Origin: Patescibacteria group bacterium
GTDB taxonomy: Bacteria; Patescibacteriota; Minisyncoccia; Phycocordibacterales; EsbW-18
Direction of reading: 5' to 3'
Assembly: GCA_038064475.1 (NCBI GenBank)
Contig: JBBTTA010000001.1
Location: forward strand, 187,795-251,794
DNA length: 64,000 nucleotides
Under the pieces are notes generated by a model that was not told where the DNA came from, made no database searches, and worked only from the letters and a program-made list of their open reading frames with translations. Positions 1 to 7,260 of this stretch are shown piece by piece. Made by a program: the position numbers and the translations under genes. Position 1 is the stretch's first letter. Each line of letters opens with the position of its first letter.

Positions 1-1786
1 TTGTACGAACAAACTTCTTATCGTCGGTGGGAGGGTTTTTTACTTCAATATCTCCCTTCTCCGCAAACGAGTAGAGATAGAGTTCGCTGTAACCGTTCTC
101 AACCAAACAATCACGCACTTTATTCACGTAATAGAATGTTTTGTTTATCTCCGATGAAACCGAATTAGGAAGTGTTGCGGCAGGGATATTGTTGTAACCG
201 TACACACGACCAATTTCTTCGATGAGATCTTCAGTGACACGCACATCAATACGCTCAGATGGCACCGTTACAACAAAACGTTCTTCAGATGAAAGTAAGA
301 AGCGTTTGTACCCAACGATCGTCTTAAACGCAGGGCTTTCATCAAGACGCTCAACCACCACTTCCCCTTTGTGCCACAGACCTGATGCATGAATAATCTC
401 TCCATCTCCCAAGTAGATACCGCAGTGGCTCACCCCTCCTAAAACTACTGTTCCTGGCATCCATTCGCGCGAGACCTCTTGTATTGTCTTCTGTTCTACC
501 TCAACCCCGTCCGCTACTCGAGTAAACTTTGCGCTGTTTGATGCTTCTCTGCGTGAAAAAACAACATCTCCCGCTTGAAGATTTTCTTTTGAAACATCAG
601 CACCAAACACAAATTGGTCCACCGTCATGCGTGGAGTTGGTAAACCAACCTGCGCAAACAGAAAACTAACAAATGATGAACAATCAAAAGCATGCGGAGA
701 GTCAAGAAGCACACTTGCGCCGTATTTATACTTTGCACCAGCTAAACTCTTTGCTTTTTCAAGAAGTGTTGGAATTGGATCAACAACATCATGAGAAAAC
801 TGTAATCGTTTAAAAATATCTGCAATGTCTTTCTTTGTTATTGAAATACCGAGTGTTTTCTCAACTTCTTTTACAGAAACACCGAGCATGTAAGGATTTC
901 TTTTTTGGGGATAGAGATCGAACGTATCTGTCGCAATATGCCCGCTTGCATGTTGTGCGAACAGTTCAGATGCACGCTCAACGGCGCGTTCCACGAGTTC
1001 AGGTGTAATACCTTGCTCAAAACGCTTTGAGGCATCGGTGAGTAAACCAAGCGAGCGAGATGTTTTTCGCACAGACACAGGATTGAAGTTACATGCCGAG
1101 AGCACAATATGTTTTGTATTCTCATCGATGCCAGAATCTGCGCCGCCCTTCACGCCCGCAATATCAAGTGGTCCATTTTCGTCCGCAATCACTAACATGT
1201 TTTCTTTGAGCGTGTATGTTTTTCCATCGAGCGTTGTTACACTCTCTCCTTCTTTTGCGCCGCGTATCGTTATTGTTTTTGTATCTTTACCACCTGAAAT
1301 CTTGTCAAAATCAAATGTATGCACTGGCTGTCCTGTTTCAAGCATGACGTAGTTTGTAATGTCGACAATGTTGTTTATTGAGCGCTGACCTAATTTTTCA
1401 AGACGACCTTTAATAAGCTCTGGTGTTTTTCCAACAGAAACGTCCTTGATCAGCCGCACAGTTCCTCGCGGAACGAGTGTTGAATTCTCAACAGAAAACG
1501 TAATATGTTCTTGTGTGTTCACTTTCGCATCAGTTTTGTACGAGACAGGTGGTATACGAAATGTGAGTTCAAAAAGAGTTGCCACTTCACGTGCGATTCC
1601 GTGGTGTGACAAACAATCGTGTGCACGGTTTGGCAACACATCAACATCAATGATTGCATCTCCATCGGAAAGTACTTCAACGCCGTCGACTTCAAACGCA
1701 TGCATCGTCAATTTCTCCGCAATGTCGTTTGCAGACGGTAGTTTTTCTTCTATGAAATCTTGTAGCCACGAATGTAATACGTGCAT
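1..1786 (-). CDS. pheT: Phenylalanine--tRNA ligase beta subunit PheT. The 5' end is complete with ATG at 1786. The 3' end runs off the window.
   Basis: Hand translation of the minus strand from 1786 gives MHVLHSWLQDFIEEKLPSANDIAEKLTMHAFEVDGVE, which matches the E. coli PheT N-terminus. The B3/B4 region shows DITNYVMLETGQPVHTFD and the B5 end shows EEIGRVYGYNNIP. It sits directly downstream of pheS in the usual pheST order. The ORF track missed it because it has no stop codon inside the window. Confidence 0.85.
   Translation of the reverse strand, partial: MHVLHSWLQDFIEEKLPSANDIAEKLTMHAFEVDGVEVLSDGDAIIDVDVLPNRAHDCLSHHGIAREVATLFELTFRIPPVSYKTDAKVNTQEHITFSVENSTLVPRGTVRLIKDVSVGKTPELIKGRLEKLGQRSINNIVDITNYVMLETGQPVHTFDFDKISGGKDTKTITIRGAKEGESVTTLDGKTYTLKENMLVIADENGPLDIAGVKGGADSGIDENTKHIVLSACNFNPVSVRKTSRSLGLLTDASKRFEQGITPELVERAVERASELFAQHASGHIATDTFDLYPQKRNPYMLGVSVKEVEKTLGISITKKDIADIFKRLQFSHDVVDPIPTLLEKAKSLAGAKYKYGASVLLDSPHAFDCSSFVSFLFAQVGLPTPRMTVDQFVFGADVSKENLQAGDVVFSRREASNSAKFTRVADGVEVEQKTIQEVSREWMPGTVVLGGVSHCGIYLGDGEIIHASGLWHKGEVVVERLDESPAFKTIVGYKRFLLSSEERFVVTVPSERIDVRVTEDLIEEIGRVYGYNNIPAATLPNSVSSEINKTFYYVNKVRDCLVENGYSELYLYSFAEKGDIEVKNPPTDDKKFVRT
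380..760 (-). other. NlpC/P60-like papain-fold domain of about 125 aa, inserted in frame within the PheT B5 region.
   Basis: The inserted peptide reads AKYKYGASVLLDSPHAFDCSSFVSFLFAQVGLPTPRMTVDQFVFGADVSKENLQAGDVVFSRREASNSAKFTRVADGVEVEQKTIQEVSREWMPGTVVLGGVSHCGIYLGDGEIIHASG. It carries the Cys motif DCSSFV and the His motif HCGIYLGDGEIIHAS typical of NlpC/P60. It lies between the conserved B5 segments ...FKRLQF.. and ..SERIDVRVTEDLIEEIGRVYGYNNIP. E. coli PheT has only about 10 aa at this position. Confidence 0.55.
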
Positions 1787-1789
1787 AAT

Positions 1790-2527
1790 CTAGAACTGGT
1801 TTATAAGACGAACGTCACCTGACAGAAACATGCGAATGTCGGGCACGCCATACTTCACCATTGCCAATCGCTCGATGCCGACACCAAATGCAAAACCTTT
1901 ATACTTTCGCGGATCAATACCAACATTCGAAAGCACTTTTGGATGCACCGTACCTGCGCCCATAAGTTCAATCCAGCCTGTACCTTTGCAGACACCACAG
2001 GATTCATTTTTCCCTCCACACAAGAAACACTTTGCATCTACTTCAATTGTAGGTTCAACGAATGGAAAAAATCCTGGACGCATACGAATTGTTGCAGAGC
2101 TTCCAAAAAATTCTGACAACGCTTTCTCAAGTGTTCCTTTCAGTTGTGCGAGCGTAACATCTGTATCAACGACAAGACCTTCCATTTGATGAAAGACTGC
2201 TTCGTGCCGAGCATCTGTTGCTTCGCTACGGAATGTGCGCCCCGGCACGAGAATTCTGATTGGTGGCTCATGATTTTCCATGTAGCGAATCTGTACGTTC
2301 GATGTCTGTGTGCGCAAAACTGTTTTGTCTTTATCCTTGATCCAAAACGTGTCCTGCATGTCGCGCGCAGGGTGATCTTGCGGCACGTTGAGTGCATCGA
2401 AGTTGTGATATTCGTCGTCGATTTCAGGACCCTCAGCAATAGAAAAACCCATCTTTCTCATGATGCGTTCGAAATCGCGCTGAACAATCGTGAGCGGATG
2501 GTAGTGGCCTTTGTGTTCTGCCTCCAT
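1790..2527 (-). CDS. pheS: Phenylalanine--tRNA ligase alpha subunit PheS. This is a short 245-aa form that lacks the N-terminal coiled-coil region.
   Basis: Class II aaRS motifs are present: FRSEATDARHEAVFHQMEG and GFAFGVGIERLAMVKYGVPDIRMF. An in-frame stop lies 2 codons upstream of the ATG, so the short length is real. The stop at 1790-1792 abuts the pheT ATG at 1786. Confidence 0.9.
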   Translation of the reverse strand: MEAEHKGHYHPLTIVQRDFERIMRKMGFSIAEGPEIDDEYHNFDALNVPQDHPARDMQDTFWIKDKDKTVLRTQTSNVQIRYMENHEPPIRILVPGRTFRSEATDARHEAVFHQMEGLVVDTDVTLAQLKGTLEKALSEFFGSSATIRMRPGFFPFVEPTIEVDAKCFLCGGKNESCGVCKGTGWIELMGAGTVHPKVLSNVGIDPRKYKGFAFGVGIERLAMVKYGVPDIRMFLSGDVRLINQF

Positions 2528-2639
2528 AGAAACCTAGTATACCCTTGATTTTGAATGCCGAAAAGGATGTTTTTAGACATCGAACATGGAAGGGACTATA
2601 CTTGCGATGGATTCAAGTTCAAAAATGTAAGGGGGGGAT

Positions 2640-3074
2640 ATGTCTGTCTCTGGAGAATCACGAAGGATACACGAGAGTCGCCGCAAGCTTCCCGATACGC
2701 GGGAAAGCATCACGCACAAGTTCAAGATCGAGAACCACAAGGGGTACATCACTGTCGGTCTCTACGAGGATGGAATGCCTGGTGAGATTTTCATCGTGAT
2801 GGCGAAGGAGGGGTCCACGATTTCAGGACTCTTGGATGCGTTCGCGACTGCGGTTTCAATCGCGCTCCAGTACGGCGCGCCGCTCACCGTGCTCGCTGAC
2901 AAGTTCGTCTATTCTCGGTACGAGCCATCGGGGTATACAAAGAATCCCGACATCCCGCTCGCCCAGTCCATCGGCGACTACATTTTTCGATGGCTCATCA
3001 TTAAGTTCGGAACCGAAGAAGAGAAGGAAAATCTTCTCCCTACTCCGAAGACACTCACCGGTGAAAGCCTTTGA
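2640..3074 (+). CDS. Standalone TSCPD-domain protein, similar to the class II ribonucleotide reductase C-terminal domain. The Cys motif is absent.
   Basis: KGYITVGLYEDGMPGEIFIVMAKEGSTISGLLDAFATAVSIALQYGAPL resembles the C-terminal domain of B12-dependent RNR and TSCPD standalone proteins. The T-S-C-P-D Cys residues are replaced here (..DIPLAQSIGDYI..). A G-rich RBS, taagggggggatATG, precedes the start. Confidence 0.55.
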   Translation: MSVSGESRRIHESRRKLPDTRESITHKFKIENHKGYITVGLYEDGMPGEIFIVMAKEGSTISGLLDAFATAVSIALQYGAPLTVLADKFVYSRYEPSGYTKNPDIPLAQSIGDYIFRWLIIKFGTEEEKENLLPTPKTLTGESL

Positions 3075-3084
3075 GGCTTTCACC
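3060..3084 (+). terminator. Perfect 10-bp stem hairpin (GGTGAAAGCC-TTTGA-GGCTTTCACC) overlapping the stop codon of the TSCPD gene.
   Basis: The inverted repeat was read directly from the sequence. No U-run follows it, so termination function is uncertain. Confidence 0.3.
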
Positions 3085-3156
3085 CAAGAGCCCATTCTCG
3101 ACGCTAGCGTCGAAAATGGGCTTCGTTATTTTTCTAGCTTCTTGATTCTACTTAGT

Positions 3157-3171
3157 GAGCCGCCTCCCAGA
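3157..3171. repeat. 15-nt copy (GAGCCGCCTCCCAGA) of the tRNA-Thr 3' end, about 220 bp from the tRNA.
   Basis: Positions 3157-3171 are identical to 3390-3404, and 17 of 18 nt match when extended. The repeat is in the same orientation, which looks like an att-site or tRNA 3'-end duplication. Confidence 0.4.
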
Positions 3172-3387
3172 ATCTTCACGGTCTGGAAGCCCACGGTTTT
3201 CCAGTACCTTCCTTCACGGGGAAACTACAGTCTTTCTTACAGAATCTGTACACCTTTTGGATATTTTGCTCCGCAAACTATCTCAAAAGGTCTTGCGAAG
3301 CTTCGCTTCTCACCCGACCCCCTTCTAGTTCGAATCTGGACAGAATGTTCCTTCCCAACTTCCAACTAAAAACTTCTAAACTTATTT

Positions 3388-3463
3388 TGGAGCCGCCTCC
3401 CAGATTCGAACTGGGGACCTTCACTTTACAAAAGTGTTGCTCTACCAACTGAGCTAAGGCGGC
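3388..3463 (-). tRNA. tRNA-Thr with anticodon UGU, 76 nt, with an encoded CCA end.
   Basis: Reverse complement is GCCGCCTTAGCTCAGTTGGTAGAGCAACACTTTTGTAAAGTGAAGGTCCCCAGTTCGAATCTGGGAGGCGGCTCCA. It folds into a cloverleaf with a 7-bp acceptor stem, D-arm GCTC/GAGC, anticodon loop TTTGTAA, T-arm CCCAG/CTGGG and the TTCGAAT loop. Confidence 0.85.
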
Positions 3464-3469
3464 GTAGTG

Positions 3470-3871
3470 CTACTCTCCTATTTTATCATCTGAAACCTCC
3501 TCTTTCTTATCCATTTCACCCTTCAAACGCTTCAAGTAGAGCGATGGGGTGGTCTGTGAATATAACATCTTTTCACCCCGTACAGAACGTACCATACGGG
3601 CGGCCACCACAACAACAAGACCCCGGGTAGTTGCGCGAAGTTGTGCCAATGCACGGCGTCCGAAATCTTCTGTGCGTGCGCCGAAGGCGCGCGCTTTCAT
3701 TGCAACATGTGCCGCAAAACGATCGTAGCGATTCTCCCACACTGGTGAATGTGCAGAGAGTGTTCGCGTGAGTCGTCCCTGTACACCAGCCGTGAGCTCG
3801 CTTTGTTTAAAAAGAAAACGAGTTGCAAGAAGTCCGAGAGCGATAATGAAGACGATAAATGCGACAGTCAT
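3470..3871 (-). CDS. Hypothetical membrane-anchored protein with an N-terminal TM helix.
   Basis: The ORF has the hydrophobic N-terminus MTVAFIVFIIALGLLA. No family was recognised. Confidence 0.4.
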   Translation of the reverse strand: MTVAFIVFIIALGLLATRFLFKQSELTAGVQGRLTRTLSAHSPVWENRYDRFAAHVAMKARAFGARTEDFGRRALAQLRATTRGLVVVVAARMVRSVRGEKMLYSQTTPSLYLKRLKGEMDKKEEVSDDKIGE

Positions 3872-3874
3872 AGA

Positions 3875-4339
3875 TTAGAGCGCAAATTTCACGATGCGTC
3901 CAAGTTCTGTTCGTTCACCGAATTTTTGAACTGCACCGTCAATTAAACTACCCAACGTGCGTGATGGATCTTTGAAGAATGCTTCTTTAAGAAGTGCCTC
4001 GTTCCCCGCTGCAAGAAGTTCATCGTCTGTCGCAGCAACCTGCATAGCGATATCTTTTGCAATTTGCTGAAATTCTTCGTTGCGCGCAACGAAATCTGTT
4101 TCGCAGAGGAGTTCAACCATTGCACCCACAGCACCGTGGTTGTGAATGTATGCTTGCACCGTTCCTGAACCCAAATCGCGGCCTGCTTTCTTCGATGCAG
4201 TTAATGCCCCCTTCTCACGGAGAATATCCATAGCTTTTGTCATGTCACCATCCGCTTCCATCAATGCCTCGCGGCATACCATCATAGAGACGCCTGTAGC
4301 GTCACGGAGCTGCTTAATGTCTTGTGCAGTAACGGCCAT
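3875..4339 (-). CDS. tsf: Elongation factor Ts, short 154-aa form.
   Basis: AVTAQDIKQLRDATGVSMMVCREALMEADGDMTKAMDILREKG matches the EF-Ts N-terminal UBA-like domain. The gene sits downstream of rpsB, the classic rpsB-tsf arrangement. Confidence 0.85.
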   Translation of the reverse strand: MAVTAQDIKQLRDATGVSMMVCREALMEADGDMTKAMDILREKGALTASKKAGRDLGSGTVQAYIHNHGAVGAMVELLCETDFVARNEEFQQIAKDIAMQVAATDDELLAAGNEALLKEAFFKDPSRTLGSLIDGAVQKFGERTELGRIVKFAL

Positions 4340-4366
4340 ACAATATGAAAATTAAAATAACAAAAC

Positions 4367-5191
4367 TTACGCTCGCGGTGCCTCGCCCGTTTGGCTACGG
4401 CCAAGGGCGCGTTCACGACGTGGAGCACGTGAATGTGGCGCATCATCGCGTGTGCGAGAACGTGGAGCTTCAGGAACCACAATCTTTGGTGCATCCTTTG
4501 CGCCTTCACGGTAGCTCTCAACCAATCGGTCAACGAAGAATGCGATGCTGTGCACACTTGCATCGTTACCAGGAATCACGTGTGCAATTTTTGAAACATC
4601 ACAGTCTGAGTTTGCAAGCGCGATGATTGGAATACGCAATGTCATTGCTTCACGCACAACATTCTTTTCGTGCTTTGGATCAACAACAAACACAGCCCCA
4701 GGGAGTGAGCGCATTGGACGGAGACCACCAAATGTTGTTTCAAGACGCTTGATGTCGCGGTCAATCATGAGACGCTCTTTCTTTGTGTACTTCACGAGTG
4801 TTCCCTTCTCACGTTCATCCATGAGTGTCATGAGTTTTTCAACGCGCTTACGAATCAAAGCAAAGTTTGAAAGCGTACCACCCACATATCGTCCTGCAAC
4901 AAATGGTTGGTCAATTGCTTCACCTGCGCGACGAATTGCGCCTTGTGCTTCGAGTTTGCCACCGACAAAGAGAATTTGTTTTCCAACTTGAGCAAGGCCT
5001 TTTACGTAGCTTTCTACATCTGCGAGTGCTTCTACGCTCTTTTCAAGATCAAAGATATCGACACCGTTTTTTGCACCGAAGATGAACTTCTGTGCTGAAG
5101 GGTGGCGACGTGCTTTCGAATAGCCGTAATGAGCTCCTGTTGCAAAGAGCTTATCAACCATTGCTTTCGTGTCGTTTGAAACTGTAGTCAT
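4367..5191 (-). CDS. rpsB: 30S ribosomal protein S2 with a basic C-terminal extension.
   Basis: HYGYSKARRHPSAQKFIFGAKNGVDIFDLEKS and ...IPIIALANSDCD.. are S2 hallmarks. Confidence 0.9.
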   Translation of the reverse strand: MTTVSNDTKAMVDKLFATGAHYGYSKARRHPSAQKFIFGAKNGVDIFDLEKSVEALADVESYVKGLAQVGKQILFVGGKLEAQGAIRRAGEAIDQPFVAGRYVGGTLSNFALIRKRVEKLMTLMDEREKGTLVKYTKKERLMIDRDIKRLETTFGGLRPMRSLPGAVFVVDPKHEKNVVREAMTLRIPIIALANSDCDVSKIAHVIPGNDASVHSIAFFVDRLVESYREGAKDAPKIVVPEAPRSRTRDDAPHSRAPRRERALGRSQTGEAPRA

Positions 5192-5340
5192 TTGAATAAA
5201 TGGGGTTGATCCATTTTTTGGCTCCTCGGCTCGGAGATGAAAAAGTTACTTTTCCATCTCGCTCGCTCTACGTCGCCAATAAAAAGGCCCGTTTAGGGTA
5301 AAAGCACAATACCAAATTAGCGTGCTCTACGCAAGGTGCC

Positions 5341-6381
5341 TTAGGCTGCGTCCTCAGGGGTCATATCACCCGTGTATGCCGCCAAGCTGTCGATAATGCT
5401 AGGGTTTAGAAGAGTTTCTTTGAGCTTCTCGGTATTTCCACGACGTAAAAGTCCAAGGTATGACTGTGTCGTTCTAAAAGAAAACTCCTTTTCAAGTCGT
5501 CTCGACATCCTCCTTTTTGTCGTTGTCCTCAATACTCGGTGGTCAGGAAAATGTACCCATCCTAAGAAATCGACACCAGACGCAAGTGTTTTAATAAACA
5601 CTTTGTCAGGATGAGGTGCGAGTTTGAGTCGCTCTTCAAGAAAATCAGCAATTCTTGGAATCAACTCAGTAAGATAGTCTTTGTCATGAGATAGGACGAC
5701 AAAATCATCAGCGTACCGAATATAGTATTTTGCTTTGACTATGTGTTTCATCCACTGGTCGAATTCATTCATATAGATATTCACGAAAAGTTGTGAGGTG
5801 AGATTGCCTAGCGGCAGACCGACGCCGAGTCGCCCCACATAAAAACTTCCAGTAATCTCTTTGAGAAGCCCGAGTAACTCTCTGTCAAAAATATGTTTCT
5901 CTAGTATCTGTATCAGAATTTGGTGATCGACAGAAGCAAAGAACTTCCTGATGTCACACTTAAGAATCCAACATGTCCGAGTGTTATTTTTGCTCACTCT
6001 GTATCCAAATTGTTTGAATCGTTCAATTGCTTTATGTGTCCCCTTATTGAGACGACATGAATAGGAGTCCGCTATAAAACGTTTGTCGAAATAAAGATAC
6101 AGCTTTCTATAAATAGCATGGTGGAGAAGACGATCTTGGACAGTCGCCTTATGTATATTTCTTGGCTTTGGATCCGAAATGTTAAAAGCATCATAGCCTC
6201 CGTGACAATAGGTTCGTTGAGCAAGGTCGTGGTGGAGTTTCAATATGTTATCCATGAGTTTCCATTGAAAATCTTGCACGTCATTTTTTGACCGCTTCCC
6301 TTTTAAGAATTCGCGCCATGCGCCGAGAAGATTTTCGACGGAAATGATATCCTTGTAGTTATGAATGAAATTAAAAACCAT
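5341..6381 (-). CDS. DGR reverse transcriptase, Brt-like.
   Basis: The motifs are SVENLLGAWREF (cf. Brt TWENLLDAYRK), CRLNKGTHKAIERF (cf. YACRPDKGTHAGV), LKCDIRKFFASVDH, GLPLGNLTSQLFVNIY (the DGR-specific [I/L]GxxxSQ motif), RYADDFVV (the YxDD catalytic box) and GVDFLGWV. The last 15 aa derive from the duplicated prfA segment. Confidence 0.9.
   Translation of the reverse strand: MVFNFIHNYKDIISVENLLGAWREFLKGKRSKNDVQDFQWKLMDNILKLHHDLAQRTYCHGGYDAFNISDPKPRNIHKATVQDRLLHHAIYRKLYLYFDKRFIADSYSCRLNKGTHKAIERFKQFGYRVSKNNTRTCWILKCDIRKFFASVDHQILIQILEKHIFDRELLGLLKEITGSFYVGRLGVGLPLGNLTSQLFVNIYMNEFDQWMKHIVKAKYYIRYADDFVVLSHDKDYLTELIPRIADFLEERLKLAPHPDKVFIKTLASGVDFLGWVHFPDHRVLRTTTKRRMSRRLEKEFSFRTTQSYLGLLRRGNTEKLKETLLNPSIIDSLAAYTGDMTPEDAA
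5355..5399. repeat. Left direct repeat of the DGR insertion. It is a copy of the prfA 3' coding end that is read in frame as the RT C-terminus.
   Basis: CAGGGGTCATATCACCCGTGTATGCCGCCAAGCTGTCGATAATGC versus 8122-8166 differs at 1 position. It encodes IIDSLAAYTGDMTP in both ORFs. Confidence 0.8.
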
Positions 6382-6390
6382 ATAATAAAG

Positions 6391-6399
6391 CCCCCCCCC
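6391..6399. repeat. Homopolymeric C9 tract (G9 on the minus strand) in the 31-nt spacer between the divergent RT and avd start codons.
   Basis: Read directly. On the minus strand it forms the GAGGGGGGGGGC Shine-Dalgarno-like element 11 nt upstream of the RT ATG. Confidence 0.6.
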
Positions 6400-6412
6400 T
6401 CGATTAGTTTCA

Positions 6413-6757
6413 GTGGTTTTAAAGTTAAAAGATTGTTACGGAGTTTGGCAGCAGTACCTTCCCCACTTCCCGAAATCTCATCGTTTTACGTTAGGAAGCA
6501 AAATTGACGCTGTTTTTCTTGATGCTATCGAATCCTGTTTTTTTGCAAGCTATTCTTCCGGCCAGAAAAAAATAGATCTCGTTGATCAATCGATATCGAA
6601 GACAGATCTCACGAAGCTCCTACTCCAACTTGCTTGGGAAGTTCAGGCTCTGGATAACAATAAGTACGCGCACTTGAGCGAACTCTTAGGAGAGATTGGA
6701 AAGATGCTCGGAGGATGGAAACGACAACTCCTCAATAAAACTCCCGCCTCAAAGTAA
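6413..6757 (+). CDS. avd: Avd-like accessory variability determinant, a four-helix-bundle protein related to the 23S rRNA intervening-sequence protein family.
   Basis: Family signatures are YGVWQQY..FPKSHRFTLGSKIDAVFLDAIESCFFA...LSELLGEIGKMLGGWKRQLL, compared with LKVWQKA..FPKEERYGLTSQLRRAA..IAEG...EEIGKMLNGLIKSL. The gene is divergent from the RT and ends 22 nt before the TR. Confidence 0.7.
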   Translation: MVLKLKDCYGVWQQYLPHFPKSHRFTLGSKIDAVFLDAIESCFFASYSSGQKKIDLVDQSISKTDLTKLLLQLAWEVQALDNNKYAHLSELLGEIGKMLGGWKRQLLNKTPASK

Positions 6758-6778
6758 AGCGGGAGAACCGATGAAAGT

Positions 6779-6908
6779 GGCGAACGGCCAGGAACCGACA
6801 GGTGTCGTTCCAGTCGTCGTCCCGCCAGTTGAGGTTGAGGTTCCGCTTCGCGTCGTTCCTATTGAGGTACGGGACGTTGCGGTTGCCATTGACCAATCCG
6901 ACGGAGCC
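6779..6908 (-). repeat. DGR template repeat (TR). The sense strand is the minus strand, where the adenine-containing codons sit.
   Basis: The 130-nt segment is homologous to 7284-7416. On the minus strand the TR codons are AAC x7, AAT x2, GAC, AAG, AGG and ACC. The encoded peptide is GSVGLVNGNRNVPYLNRNDAKRNLNLNWRDDDWNDTCRFLAVR. Confidence 0.85.
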
Positions 6909-7151
6909 ATGTACGACGTGCCATCAGTACCACCACCCCTTGAACCACGTATCAATCGTAACAAAGTTTTTGGAGTTGTATCGTATTCGCGATCTTAAAA
7001 TATCGCAGAGCACATCGCACCAACTTTCTCTGGTTTTTATTCAGGACTCGGAAACACTCTTTCGACAGCCGTGACCGTCAAAACTCTCGCTCCCGAGCGT
7101 GCGAACAAACTATCTAAAGCCGTGACCGTAGATTTTTCGTCTGTTAGTTAC

Positions 7152-7159
7152 ATTATACA
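7152..7159 (-). promoter_or_regulatory. Extended -10 element (TGTATAAT) positioned to start the TR transcript just upstream of the TR.
   Basis: The reverse complement of 7152-7159 is TGTATAAT. It lies immediately after the hairpin terminator of the target gene. No clear -35 box is present. Confidence 0.35.
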
Positions 7160-7169
7160 AAAACGAAAG

Positions 7170-7199
7170 CCCGGCGCCACCTTGGTAGGTTGCGCCGGG
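7170..7199 (-). terminator. Hairpin (CCCGGCGC.ACC..GGTGGCGCCGGG) followed by CTTTCGTTTTTG on the minus strand. It is a candidate terminator for the DGR target gene.
   Basis: The stem is about 12 bp with 1 mismatch. It sits about 60 nt after the target stop, and a partial U-run follows. Confidence 0.4.
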
Positions 7200-7260
7200 A
7201 AGGTCCAAGACCAGAGTGCTCTACGCCTGAAGGCGTTGCAAAGGGTCAAAAACCAGAGAA

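Noticed and set aside
2836-3369. 177-aa plus-strand ORF spanning the TSCPD gene 3' end and the intergenic region.
   Set aside because: It overlaps the TSCPD gene out of frame, has no RBS, is Ser/Arg-rich low complexity, and crosses the hairpin and tRNA-repeat region.
5341-6381. Group II intron maturase or retron RT as alternative identities for the reverse transcriptase.
   Set aside because: There is no intron RNA domain V/VI signature nearby and no maturase X/En domains. The LGNLTSQ motif, the Brt-like N-terminus and the adjacent TR/VR with A-specific mismatches point to a DGR RT.
6749-6964. 71-aa Thr/Gly-rich minus-strand ORF covering the TR.
   Set aside because: It is simply a translation of the template repeat. 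The TR is a non-coding template, and this frame is not the frame used in the VR.
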